Source: an uncultured bacterium
Lineage (GTDB): Bacteria > Patescibacteriota > Patescibacteriia > Magasanikbacterales > GWA2-37-8
NCBI GenBank assembly: GCA_937903605.1
Contig: CALCZC010000028.1
Span: forward strand, 6,680 to 70,679
DNA: 64,000 bases
Direction: 5' to 3'
Positions within the stretch are counted from its first letter, which is position 1. Each line of letters starts with the position of its first letter. Both the position numbers and the translations under genes were made by a program. This document shows, piece after piece, positions 1 to 9,012 of the stretch. The notes below the pieces were generated by a model that made no database searches, had not been told where the DNA came from, and worked only from the letters and a program-made list of their open reading frames with translations.

Positions 1-260
1 ATAAAACAAAAAGACCTACGGCCAAAAGAGCTTTTTTAGCAGAACAGCGTCTTGATTCGGATTTAGAACCGTTTGTCAAAGATTTGTTGATTGCAGAAAA
101 TTGGTATCGGGGTAATAACTATGAAGCAGCCAAAACATCTTTGGAATCGTTGTACAAAGAATGGATAAATTTACCCAGTGACGAAAAAGAACAAACTGTA
201 AATAGACAAAAAGAAGAAATTGTTAATCGAGCAAACACAAAGATCAATCAAACATATTAA
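1..260 (+). CDS. Partial hypothetical protein (3' end only)
   Basis: Frame 3 is open from base 3 to TAA at 258-260 (KTKRPTAKRAFLAEQRLD...KINQTY), directly upstream of the pilin array. Confidence 0.6.
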   Translation, partial: KTKRPTAKRAFLAEQRLDSDLEPFVKDLLIAENWYRGNNYEAAKTSLESLYKEWINLPSDEKEQTVNRQKEEIVNRANTKINQTY

Positions 261-270
261 GAAAAAAATT

Positions 271-714
271 ATGAAATTATTTAGAAAAAAATTTTTGTGG
301 ATATTGTTGATTGTCGCAGTATTTGTTCCCCTAAGTTTTGTTCAAGCTCAGACTTGGACAAAAATTTATCCAAAATGTATCCAATCTCAAATGACGGCGA
401 CAGGTCCTTGGAAATCAGACCCGGCCTGCGATGATCTGGGTGTTTTTATTGAATTGGCGATAAATATCGGGGCTTACATGTTTACATTTATTGGTGCGTT
501 GGCTCTATTGGTTTTTGTTTATGGTGGTTTTAAAATGATTATTTCTGCCGGAGATTCGGCAAAAATAAAAGAAGGTAAAGATGCTATGGTAGCTGCGGTT
601 ATCGGAATAATCATAGCATTTTCTGGTGTGGCGATAGTAAAATTTTTAGGTGATAGTTTACAACTGAAAGCTGAATATAGATTGGTACAGCCACCAACTA
701 CAACGCCAAATTAA
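271..714 (+). CDS. TrbC/VirB2-like (T4SS-type) pilin family protein
   Basis: Signal peptide ending VQA-Q, two hydrophobic helices flanking YGGFKMIISAGDSAKIKEGK; ATG 271 chosen as start. Confidence 0.8.
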   Translation: MKLFRKKFLWILLIVAVFVPLSFVQAQTWTKIYPKCIQSQMTATGPWKSDPACDDLGVFIELAINIGAYMFTFIGALALLVFVYGGFKMIISAGDSAKIKEGKDAMVAAVIGIIIAFSGVAIVKFLGDSLQLKAEYRLVQPPTTTPN

Positions 715-720
715 TTTTAT

Positions 721-1083
721 ATGAAAAAAATTTTTTATTTTATATTATCTTTTTTATTATTAAGAGCCGATAATGTTTTTGCGGAAACAACTTCTGTCTA
801 CACCACAGAATCTCTTAAAAATAAGGCTACCACCAATCTTAATCCCGGTAATATCTGGAACACAGAAGATTTGTTGAGCCGAGGAATAAACGCCATGGTG
901 ATGTTTATGGGCTCTATCGCTTTGATTTTGATAGTTTATGCTGGTTTTTTGTGGATGACGGCGGGGGGAAATGATAGTAGGATAAGTAAGGCGCGAACGA
1001 TTATGATCTGGACCCTACTTGGCACGGTGGCTATAGGCGCAAGTTATGTTTTTGTGAAATTTGTTATAAATATTTTTGGTTAA
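721..1083 (+). CDS. TrbC/VirB2-like pilin family protein
   Basis: Signal peptide (VFA-E), YAGFLWMTAGGNDSRISKAR motif between two TM helices. Confidence 0.85.
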   Translation: MKKIFYFILSFLLLRADNVFAETTSVYTTESLKNKATTNLNPGNIWNTEDLLSRGINAMVMFMGSIALILIVYAGFLWMTAGGNDSRISKARTIMIWTLLGTVAIGASYVFVKFVINIFG

Positions 1084-1103
1084 TAAAATTACCAAATTAA
1101 GAT

Positions 1104-1454
1104 ATGAAAAAATTTTTTTTATTTTTATTTATTTGTGCGATTTTTATTTTGACACCATCCTTTTCTTTGGCACAGGAGGTTGTTACATTGGAAAATCCTA
1201 TTCAAGATAAGTTTGCTACCGACGATCCGGCGGTTTTGATAGGTTATGTTATCAAAACTTTACTTGGTGTGGTTGGCGGGGTTTCGTTGTTAGTAATGGT
1301 TTATGGGGGATTCCAATGGCTTACGGCAGCGGGAAATGAAGATAAAATAAAAAAAGGAACCCAAACTATGCTTTGGTCGGCTATTGGACTAATTTTGGTT
1401 TTTTCCAGCTATTTATTAGTAGACACAATTTTTGGATTTTTTACTCCTAGATAA
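1104..1454 (+). CDS. TrbC/VirB2-like pilin family protein
   Basis: SLA-Q signal, YGGFQWLTAAGNEDKIKKG motif. Confidence 0.85.
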   Translation: MKKFFLFLFICAIFILTPSFSLAQEVVTLENPIQDKFATDDPAVLIGYVIKTLLGVVGGVSLLVMVYGGFQWLTAAGNEDKIKKGTQTMLWSAIGLILVFSSYLLVDTIFGFFTPR

Positions 1455-1525
1455 GTTGAAAAAAAACAATAAATAAAGTAAAATAAAAGTATGAAGAAAA
1501 TAAACTATAGAAGGGGGGTGAATAT

Positions 1526-1948
1526 ATGAAAAAAATAGTAAATTTAATATTAATGCTGACAATTTTGTTAAACGGTGTTTTGTTCGCTGTTTCAACAGTA
1601 TCAGCTCAAGCTTTGGAGACAAAAGATTTGATTAAAACAGACACTCTTGATCAAACAGGTTTAAAACAAGCAGATTTGCCATCTGTAATTGCTCAAATTA
1701 TCCGTACTGCCATGGGCTTGCTTGGTATCGTCGCTGTAGTCATCATTCTTATTGGTGGTTTTTATTGGATGACAGCCGGAGGGGACGAAGGACGTGTAGA
1801 AACCGGTAAAAAATGGATTTTTTCCGGGATTATCGGTTTGGCGATTATCTTGTCCGCTTATGCTTTAGCCACTTTTGTTATCAATTCCTTGACAGACGCT
1901 ATCGATGTAAGTGAACCAGTTGCCATTGGTTATGTTTTGAATGTATAG
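1526..1948 (+). CDS. TrbC/VirB2-like pilin, probable major subunit
   Basis: GGFYWMTAGGDEGRVETGKK motif; strong Shine-Dalgarno-like GGGGGGTGA upstream and a large hairpin downstream. Confidence 0.85.
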   Translation: MKKIVNLILMLTILLNGVLFAVSTVSAQALETKDLIKTDTLDQTGLKQADLPSVIAQIIRTAMGLLGIVAVVIILIGGFYWMTAGGDEGRVETGKKWIFSGIIGLAIILSAYALATFVINSLTDAIDVSEPVAIGYVLNV

Positions 1949-1952
1949 TTTT

Positions 1953-1991
1953 TTTTCAAAGGGGGTTCGCGCGCGCAACCCCCTTTGAAAA
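1953..1991 (+). terminator. Strong hairpin (terminator or mRNA-stabilising stem) after the pilin at 1526
   Basis: TTTTCAAAGGGGGTT-cgcgcgcgc-AACCCCCTTTGAAAA inverted repeat. Confidence 0.7.
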
Positions 1992-2031
1992 ATTGCTTTT
2001 TGCTGATAATTTTTTGTCATCAAAAAACAAT

Positions 2032-2421
2032 ATGAAAAAAAATAAAAAAATATTATTAGTAATAATGACCTTTGTTTTAATGGTACCGTTTTTGTTGTCT
2101 GCGGCGGAAAAACCTGATAAATACGGCGCTTATAATGTTTTTCATAATAGCCTTTTGTCAACTATTGGGATTGCTAATACAGGGGACGATCCCCTGGTTA
2201 TTGTTAATAAAATTGTTAATTTAATTTTGGGTTTTATCGGGATTGTTTTATTTGGGCTTATGCTTTATGCCGGGTTTACTTGGATCAAATCGCGGGGAAA
2301 TACCAATGAAGTAGATAGAGCTAAAAATATTATTGAAAATTGTTTATATGGTATATTGATAATCGTGTTGGCTTATGGTATTTCGGAATTTATTTTCAAT
2401 ATTCTCATAGGACTTGGTTAA
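2032..2421 (+). CDS. TrbC/VirB2-like pilin family protein
   Basis: YAGFTWIKSRGNTNEVDRAK motif, two TM helices. Confidence 0.8.
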   Translation: MKKNKKILLVIMTFVLMVPFLLSAAEKPDKYGAYNVFHNSLLSTIGIANTGDDPLVIVNKIVNLILGFIGIVLFGLMLYAGFTWIKSRGNTNEVDRAKNIIENCLYGILIIVLAYGISEFIFNILIGLG

Positions 2422-2428
2422 TTTAAAT

Positions 2429-2944
2429 ATGCGTAAAATAATAATTTTTTTAAGTTTTGTTTTATTACTTAGCGCCACGGCTGTTTGGGCGCAAAAATGG
2501 GGTTTGGATACAGCTGGAGAAACATCGGGTTTAAAAGATACTGCTATTGCTAAAACAGGAAGTATACCATCAGCTGTCGGTATAGTTTTGGGACAAGCTG
2601 TTTTATATTTAGGTATTATCTTTTTTCTCTTGATAGTTTATGCCGGATTTCTATGGATGACAGCCGGAGGAAATGATAAAAAAGTAGAGGAAGGTAAACA
2701 GATTTTGATCGCTGCGGTAACTGGTTTGGTAATAGTAATTTCCGCTTATGCGATAACCAGATTTGTTTTTGGTGAAGTTTTGAGTGTAAGTGTAAAAAAA
2801 TGTACCACAATCGAACAAAAAGCAAAATTTGCCGCTTGTCAGGATAAAAACACCCAAGCATGTATTTTTGAAGGAATAAAAGGAAATTACGAGCCTGGGC
2901 TTTGTGATGGAGGAATTAATATTCAGTGTTGTATAGTTAGATAG
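2429..2944 (+). CDS. Pilin-like protein with 6-Cys C-terminal domain
   Basis: YAGFLWMTAGGNDKKVEEGK motif; tail ends GLCDGGINIQCC. Confidence 0.8.
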   Translation: MRKIIIFLSFVLLLSATAVWAQKWGLDTAGETSGLKDTAIAKTGSIPSAVGIVLGQAVLYLGIIFFLLIVYAGFLWMTAGGNDKKVEEGKQILIAAVTGLVIVISAYAITRFVFGEVLSVSVKKCTTIEQKAKFAACQDKNTQACIFEGIKGNYEPGLCDGGINIQCCIVR

Positions 2945-2969
2945 AAATAAAATTAATTTTATTTAAATT

Positions 2970-3473
2970 ATGAAAAAAATCTTTATTTTATTTTTGATTG
3001 TCGGATCCTTAACTAGCTCTCTTGTTTTAGCTCAAGGTTTTGGTGAAGATAAATTACAAAATATAGCCCAAAAAGCAAACTTAGACACTGATCCGTTGGA
3101 TACTAGGGTAGGGAGTATCATTGCCGGTATTTTAGGACTTCTTGGGACAGTATTTTTGGTTTTGACTATTTACGCCGGAGTTTTATGGATGACAGCCAGT
3201 GGCGAGGAAGCCAAAATAGAAAAAGCCAAAGACATTCTCAAAGCTGCGATTATTGGCCTGGCAATTGTAATGTCTGCTTACACAATTACTTATTTTGTGG
3301 GAAATAGATTAGGGGCTTCAGGCGGTTCTGATCAAAATACTATAGGGTGTTGTATATTGATAGCACCAGATGGCACAAAAAGATATTCTCCATCTTCTAA
3401 ACAAGGATGTGTAAATCCTGATCCTTCCGCGTTGTCAACCGATTGGGTTTCTGGTAGTTGTCCTTCACCATAA
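2970..3473 (+). CDS. Pilin-like protein with 4-Cys C-terminal domain
   Basis: YAGVLWMTASGEEAKIEKAK motif; GCC..C..C tail. Confidence 0.8.
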   Translation: MKKIFILFLIVGSLTSSLVLAQGFGEDKLQNIAQKANLDTDPLDTRVGSIIAGILGLLGTVFLVLTIYAGVLWMTASGEEAKIEKAKDILKAAIIGLAIVMSAYTITYFVGNRLGASGGSDQNTIGCCILIAPDGTKRYSPSSKQGCVNPDPSALSTDWVSGSCPSP

Positions 3474-3481
3474 TAAAAAAT

Positions 3482-3862
3482 ATGAGAACAAATATTAAAA
3501 AAATTTTTTTTATATTAAATATATTTATTTTAGTAGTTCTATCTTTATTTTTTTGTGGAAAAGCTTTGGCTGAAGAAAAACCTTCTTTTAATACGTCAAA
3601 AACCAAAATGCAGATGTTTGCCATAGATTTAAATTTTAGTAATTTTGATAAATCTGCAGAAAATATTATTAAACAAGTTATGTTTTTGGTAAATAGTTTA
3701 TTTTTTATCTTTATGATTTATGCGGGCATACTATGGCTGAGTTCTTCCGGAGAAGAAGCAAAAATAACTAAAGCCAAAACTATTATTATTTGGTGTGCCA
3801 TAGGTATGGTGGTAACTTTGAGTGCTTACTCCATAACAGCTTTTGTCTTGAGTAAACTTTGA
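3482..3862 (+). CDS. TrbC/VirB2-like pilin family protein
   Basis: YAGILWLSSSGEEAKITKAK motif. Confidence 0.8.
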   Translation: MRTNIKKIFFILNIFILVVLSLFFCGKALAEEKPSFNTSKTKMQMFAIDLNFSNFDKSAENIIKQVMFLVNSLFFIFMIYAGILWLSSSGEEAKITKAKTIIIWCAIGMVVTLSAYSITAFVLSKL

Positions 3863-3869
3863 TTTAAAT

Positions 3870-4256
3870 ATGCTTAAGAAATTTATAATTCTAACTATCT
3901 TTGGCGGTTTATTTATTCCAACACTTTTTTGTTTTGCTCAGGATCCACTCCAAAATATTGCCAATGAAGCCGGTTATAAAACAGAGGGTGTTACCGAATA
4001 TTCTTTTTCCGAAACAGTCGGTACTTATATAAAAGGCATTTTAGTGATACTAGGAGTAATATTTTTTGTTTTAACTTTTTATGCCGGATTTTTATGGTTG
4101 ACAGCCAGTGGAGATGAAAGCAAAGTGGATACGGCAAAAAAAATTATTACCGGCGCCACGATTGGGCTAATAATAATTGTTATTTCTTACGGAATTACAT
4201 CTTTTGTTTTAACTAATATTCAAAAAACTGCGCAATTGCAAAAAATAGGTAAATAA
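3870..4256 (+). CDS. TrbC/VirB2-like pilin family protein
   Basis: YAGFLWLTASGDESKVDTAK motif. Confidence 0.85.
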   Translation: MLKKFIILTIFGGLFIPTLFCFAQDPLQNIANEAGYKTEGVTEYSFSETVGTYIKGILVILGVIFFVLTFYAGFLWLTASGDESKVDTAKKIITGATIGLIIIVISYGITSFVLTNIQKTAQLQKIGK

Positions 4257-4261
4257 TTTAT

Positions 4262-4906
4262 ATGTCAAAGAAAATTTTAATTTTATTTTTATTATCCGTT
4301 TTTTGTTTTGCTGGTGCGGTTTGGGCTCAACCAAATATTGGTTTGGATACAGCCAGTAATATAGCCGCGCAAAGTGGATTGCCGATTTCCGGAGCTTCAG
4401 AAACAGGCTTGGCAGAAACAATTGGTAGATATATCAACATATTGCTTGGTTTTACAGGGATGATTTTTATGGTTTTGACATTATATGCCGGTTATTTATG
4501 GATGTTTGGCGGTGGTAATGAAGAAAACATTGCTCAAGCCAAAAAAACAATCACTTCTTCAATTATTGGGTTGGCAGTAATTTTACTTTCTTATAGCATA
4601 ACCGCATTGATAATGTGGGCGGTGGCCGGCACCACTAAACCAGAGCCTTATGGAGAATTGGAATTGACTGGCCCCAGCACATATACAGGTTGTTGTTTTG
4701 TAGCAACACCAGGGTGTACTAAAACACTGGGCGTTGGAAGGGCGGAATACACGGTTCCTTGTGGTAAGTGTCGTGAAAATATGGGATCAAGAGATTGTAG
4801 TGGAGATACAGGTAAACCAAAGGGCAAATGGTTTACTGATGGCTGCACCAAAGCTCAAAATGACAATGATTTTATTTGCACAGATTATGAGTTTAGCTCG
4901 ATTTAA
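4262..4906 (+). CDS. Pilin-like protein with 8-Cys C-terminal domain
   Basis: YAGYLWMFGGGNEENIAQAK motif; Cys-rich tail. Confidence 0.8.
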   Translation: MSKKILILFLLSVFCFAGAVWAQPNIGLDTASNIAAQSGLPISGASETGLAETIGRYINILLGFTGMIFMVLTLYAGYLWMFGGGNEENIAQAKKTITSSIIGLAVILLSYSITALIMWAVAGTTKPEPYGELELTGPSTYTGCCFVATPGCTKTLGVGRAEYTVPCGKCRENMGSRDCSGDTGKPKGKWFTDGCTKAQNDNDFICTDYEFSSI

Positions 4907-4934
4907 TAAATAATGAAATATTTTAAAAACCATT

Positions 4935-5330
4935 ATGTTTAAAAAAATAATTTTGATTGGCCTATTTACCCCTTTGCTTATTGGCAGTTTTGAATTTTGT
5001 GTTGCGCAAAGTGAAATGGAAAAACAACTTCAAGCCGCAGCCGGAGAAAAAGGAGCCGGATTTGAGAAGGCGGTAGATCCGTGGGATATGGTTTTTTTGG
5101 TTATTCGTTATGCTTTGAGTTTTTTGGGTTTTGTGTTTGTCCTTTTGACCATATATGCCGGAGCTTTATGGATGTTTTCAGGCGGTGAAGAAAATAAAAT
5201 AGAAACAGCCAAGAGTATTTTGACTGCCTCGGTTATTGGAGTATTAATAATTTTACTTTCTTATTCAATTACTTTTTTTGTTTTTAAACTATTTTTACTT
5301 GACGGGGCGACTTTTAGGATGCGTAAATAA
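4935..5330 (+). CDS. TrbC/VirB2-like pilin family protein
   Basis: YAGALWMFSGGEENKIETAK motif. Confidence 0.8.
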   Translation: MFKKIILIGLFTPLLIGSFEFCVAQSEMEKQLQAAAGEKGAGFEKAVDPWDMVFLVIRYALSFLGFVFVLLTIYAGALWMFSGGEENKIETAKSILTASVIGVLIILLSYSITFFVFKLFLLDGATFRMRK

Positions 5331-5364
5331 AATCAAGATAAAAATAACTCCGATTTGTTCGGGG

Positions 5365-6447
5365 TTATTTTTTTATAGCTAAAGAAAGTATTTGAGAATT
5401 GGGAAGATTATCGGATCTGTTTTTTGTTTTTTCTATTTTTAACAATTCTGAAATTTGTTTAGATATGTTTTTTTCTTCTATTTTAATTGCTAAATTATTT
5501 TTTAAAAAGTATTTTTCATTCAGTTCTTCTTGTCCGGGAATTGATTTTGACAAAATTATTTTTTTATTCAAATAAGCGCATTCGGTTAAAGTCAGTCCGC
5601 CTGGTTTGGTGATGATAATATCAGAAACCGCCATTAAATCTTCTATTTTTTCCACAAATTCAAATACTTGATAATTATAAAATCTCTCGTTTTTAAGTGA
5701 TAAATATCTTTTTACCAGTTTTTTATTACCTTTTCCGGCAATAACCAACAAATTTAAATCAGGAAAATTTTTAAGTATTTTTTTTATTAAAAATTTTTGA
5801 TTTTTTATCCCGAATCCGCCTGACATTATCAAAACAGTCTGATTTTTTGGATCTACGCCATATTTTGATTTTAAAAATTCAATATTTTTCTCTTCAAAAA
5901 AGGCCGGATTAATTGGTAAGCCGGTATTAAAGGAATTTAGTCCGTTAGCAGTTAAAGTGTCGGTTATTTGTTGATTGGCGGTATAAAAATTTCTTATTTT
6001 TGGACTTAGCCAAAAACCATGAAGCCCATAATCCGTAATAACCATATCTACAGGTAAATCGGGAAAATTTTTTTTGATCATAGCAGGAATCAGAAAGTGG
6101 GTGGCTATTATCAAATCTGGATCATAATTTTTTATGAACGCTTGGAGTTTTGGACTATTCAAGGCAAAAAGACCGGAAAGTTTTTCTATCAAAATAGCGG
6201 TTTTTGGAGAATCGGTAAATTTATAGGCTAGACGATAAATAAAAGGAATATATCTTACTAGGAAATGATAAGCTTGCGCTGTATGTAAATTCAAAAATTT
6301 AGTGGAGTAATCCAAAATATCAATATGTTGAGATTTAATGTCAGGATATTCTTTTTGACAGCTCAAAAAAAGAGCTTGGGCCGCTCGTTTGTGGCCAGCA
6401 CCAGCAGACATGGATAAAAACAATATTTTTTGGATTGGCTTGTTCAT
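5365..6447 (-). CDS. MGDG synthase / UgtP-like GT28 glycosyltransferase
   Basis: SAGAGHKRAAQA, ITDYGLHGFW, ITKPGGLTLTE and PGQEELN motifs. Confidence 0.85.
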   Translation of the reverse strand: MNKPIQKILFLSMSAGAGHKRAAQALFLSCQKEYPDIKSQHIDILDYSTKFLNLHTAQAYHFLVRYIPFIYRLAYKFTDSPKTAILIEKLSGLFALNSPKLQAFIKNYDPDLIIATHFLIPAMIKKNFPDLPVDMVITDYGLHGFWLSPKIRNFYTANQQITDTLTANGLNSFNTGLPINPAFFEEKNIEFLKSKYGVDPKNQTVLIMSGGFGIKNQKFLIKKILKNFPDLNLLVIAGKGNKKLVKRYLSLKNERFYNYQVFEFVEKIEDLMAVSDIIITKPGGLTLTECAYLNKKIILSKSIPGQEELNEKYFLKNNLAIKIEEKNISKQISELLKIEKTKNRSDNLPNSQILSLAIKK

Positions 6448-6538
6448 GATTTAAGTATAGGGGTAAAAGATGTTTTTTGTAAAGAAGAAAAAATATTAAT
6501 AAAAAAACACTTCTTTTTATAGAAGTATTTTTTGTATT

Positions 6539-6614
6539 TGGGGTGGCTATCGGGAATTGAACCCGAATTATCGGTACCACAAACCGATGTAATAACCATT
6601 ATACCATAGCCACC
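6539..6614 (-). tRNA. tRNA-His(GUG)
   Basis: Cloverleaf; anticodon arm TCGGT-TTGTGGT-ACCGA; G-1 and encoded CCA. Confidence 0.92.
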
Positions 6615-6884
6615 GTTTAACTAGACCACAGTCCGTCAGACTACAGACTACAAAATTCGAATCGTCGAAGTCTGTAGACCGTAGTCCGAAGTCCAATCTA
6701 TATTGAAATTTTACTAACACGTTTGCGTAAAATTTTGGTTTTTGTTTTCAAAATTTTACCAATTTTTGTGTTTTTTTTGCAGTGTTTTATGCGGGCTTTA
6801 TAGGCGCTGTTCATAAAATATACATTAAAATATTGAATTAATTATTATGCATTATAACAGAAAGTTTTTATTTTTCAAGCCCCC

Positions 6885-6965
6885 GGCTTCGCTAAAGCTA
6901 CGCCAGGCAAGCACCAGGCTTCGTTTAGGTTTCGCTAAAGTTACGCCGGACTATGCTAGGCAAGC
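6885..6965. repeat. Short degenerate repeats (GCTTCGCTAAAGCTACGCC..GGCAAGC type)
   Basis: Two to three tandem degenerate copies in the intergenic region between the tRNAs. Confidence 0.55.
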
Positions 6966-7023
6966 TCTTTTTTATCGGGTTTCTTACAAGCTTTACTGCT
7001 TACTGGCTTACTAGCTTATTTTG

Positions 7024-7095
7024 TATCCCCAGTAGGAATCGAACCTACATATTCAGCTTAGAAGGCTGATGTTCTATCCATTGAACTATGGGGAC
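7024..7095 (-). tRNA. tRNA-Arg(UCU)
   Basis: Cloverleaf; anticodon arm TCAGC-CTTCTAA-GCTGA; GGTTCGATTCC T-arm. Confidence 0.92.
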
Positions 7096-7189
7096 AAAAA
7101 TTCACCAGCAACTATAACACGTTTTGCTTTAAAAATCAAGGTGTGATAAAATAAAAACAGCTTAAAAGTTCATTTATAAGCTTATTTAT

Positions 7190-7918
7190 ATGCATTTTGA
7201 AAATAAAAATTTTAAAAAAGTGTTTATTTTGGCAATTTTTGCTATTGTTCTTTGCGTGCCAATTTTTGTTTTTTCTCAAGGTTTTGGTCTGGAAGAAACA
7301 GCTGGCAAAGGTGGGTATGATACAGCGCCTAGAGATGTTTATTCCATGATAGGAAATATCACAAATGCAGCTTTTGCAACCGTTGCTTTTATCTTTTTTG
7401 CTTTGACAGTATATGCTGGATTACGTTGGATCACCGCTCGTGGAAAAGAAGACTTGATAGAGAAAGCTAAGAGTACAATGGAATCGGCGATTATCGGGTT
7501 GATTGTCGTGGCTTTATCTTATACAATTGCCAGTTTTGTAATAAATAGATTATCGCCACCAAAAACATCTACCACGGGAGGAACAACACAAAACCTTGCA
7601 ACAGACAAAGAGTGTACTGATAAAGGTGGTTTTTGTACAGCTGGAAGTTGTGTTTTTGGAGAAAAACCCGATGATGGTGTTAAATGTAAAGATGCGGGAT
7701 ATGTTTGTTGTGTTAAAGATATACCTAAACAACCAAAATATTCCGATTCAAAATATTGTTGTATAAAAAAGCAGAGTGACTCTACTAAAAACAAGTGTTG
7801 GCCTTTGAATAGTAATTCTACAGCTTCAATGTCTGATGAAGGAAGCAAATGTATTTATGAATATTATGGTTTTGTACAAAACGGTAGTTGTAACACGACA
7901 ATGTTTGGTTGCGAGTAG
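7190..7918 (+). CDS. Pilin-like protein with two Cys-rich C-terminal modules
   Basis: YAGLRWITARGKEDLIEKAK motif, Thr-rich linker, 12 Cys in the tail. Confidence 0.8.
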   Translation: MHFENKNFKKVFILAIFAIVLCVPIFVFSQGFGLEETAGKGGYDTAPRDVYSMIGNITNAAFATVAFIFFALTVYAGLRWITARGKEDLIEKAKSTMESAIIGLIVVALSYTIASFVINRLSPPKTSTTGGTTQNLATDKECTDKGGFCTAGSCVFGEKPDDGVKCKDAGYVCCVKDIPKQPKYSDSKYCCIKKQSDSTKNKCWPLNSNSTASMSDEGSKCIYEYYGFVQNGSCNTTMFGCE

Positions 7919-8024
7919 TCAATTCTTGACAAAACACTTTATTTCTGCTAATATCTCTTTATTATAACTTACTTAACCCGTTCGGGTCCCATACCCCAGA
8001 TCGCGGTTTTAAACAATATTTTGT

Positions 8025-8396
8025 ATGTTGGACAATAAAAAGAAACAGCAAATTATCAAAAAATTTGCTACCCACACCGGAGATACCGGAAGTTCTGAAG
8101 TGCAAATTGCCATTTTGACTCATGAAATTGAGGAATTGGCCTCTCACTTGAAAACTCATCCCAAAGACCATTCTTCTCGTCGTGGGTTGTTGCGTAAAGT
8201 TAGCGCTCGCCGTCGTCTTATCGCTTATTTGAAAAAAGACAATCCGGAAAGTTTTGAAGAACTGGCAAAAAAATTGAAACTTAAACAAGCCAGAGTTATC
8301 AAAAATCCAAACATCAAAGAAGAAGAAGTTTTGGACGAAGAAATTTTGGACGAAGAAATTGAAAAAGAATTAGAAAATGAAAAAGATTCTGAATAA
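8025..8396 (+). CDS. rpsO: 30S ribosomal protein S15 with acidic C-terminal extension
   Basis: DTGSSEVQIAILT, HPKDHSSRRGLL motifs. Confidence 0.97.
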   Translation: MLDNKKKQQIIKKFATHTGDTGSSEVQIAILTHEIEELASHLKTHPKDHSSRRGLLRKVSARRRLIAYLKKDNPESFEELAKKLKLKQARVIKNPNIKEEEVLDEEILDEEIEKELENEKDSE

Positions 8397-8919
8397 AAAA
8401 TCACATCCTCTCAAACACCCCGAACAACGCGTTGGGGTGTTTATTGATGTGCAAAATATGTATTACAGCGCCAAAAATCTTTTTGGCGCCAAAGTTAATT
8501 TTGGAGAAATAGTCAGAGAAGCCGTAGCCGGACGTAAATTGATCCGTGCCATTGCTTATGTCATTTCTACCGAAAGTAAAGAAGAACAACCTTTTTTTGA
8601 AGCACTTTATAACCTGGGGATTGAAACTCGCGAAAAACCGTTGCAGACATTTTATGGCGGAGAAAAAAAAGGTGACTGGGATGTAGGGATTACGGTTGAC
8701 GCAATTCGTTTATCTCCAAGCTTGGATACTATCATTATTGTATCTGGCGATGGAGATTATTTACCTCTTGTAGAATATTTACAAAATCAAGGCAAACAGT
8801 TGGAAGTGGTGGCTTTTGGTAATACCGCTTCCGCCAGATTAAAAGAAGAAGCCGACGATTTTATAGATTTGAGTGAAGATAAAGGAAAGTTTTTGATCAG
8901 AAATTATAAAAGAAATTAA
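8377..8919 (+). CDS. NYN/LabA (DUF88) PIN-fold protein
   Basis: VFIDVQNMY, KKGDWDV, IVSGDGDY motifs. Confidence 0.9.
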   Translation: MKKILNKKSHPLKHPEQRVGVFIDVQNMYYSAKNLFGAKVNFGEIVREAVAGRKLIRAIAYVISTESKEEQPFFEALYNLGIETREKPLQTFYGGEKKGDWDVGITVDAIRLSPSLDTIIIVSGDGDYLPLVEYLQNQGKQLEVVAFGNTASARLKEEADDFIDLSEDKGKFLIRNYKRN

Positions 8920-9012
8920 AATTTATTTATTAAGGGTTGGTTTGGAGACAAAAGAGACTTCTTTCAATGAGGTCTTCAAAGCTTCCAAATCATCCCATAA
9001 CATTTTTTTGTT

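Noticed and set aside
6620-7020. Possible CRISPR array among the short repeats
   Set aside because: The repeats are degenerate, lack constant length and unique spacers, and no cas genes are present.
8310-8396. Acidic repeat tail of S15, RGG tail of PNPase and Lys-rich tail of S5
   Set aside because: Low-complexity terminal extensions are common and show no further structure.
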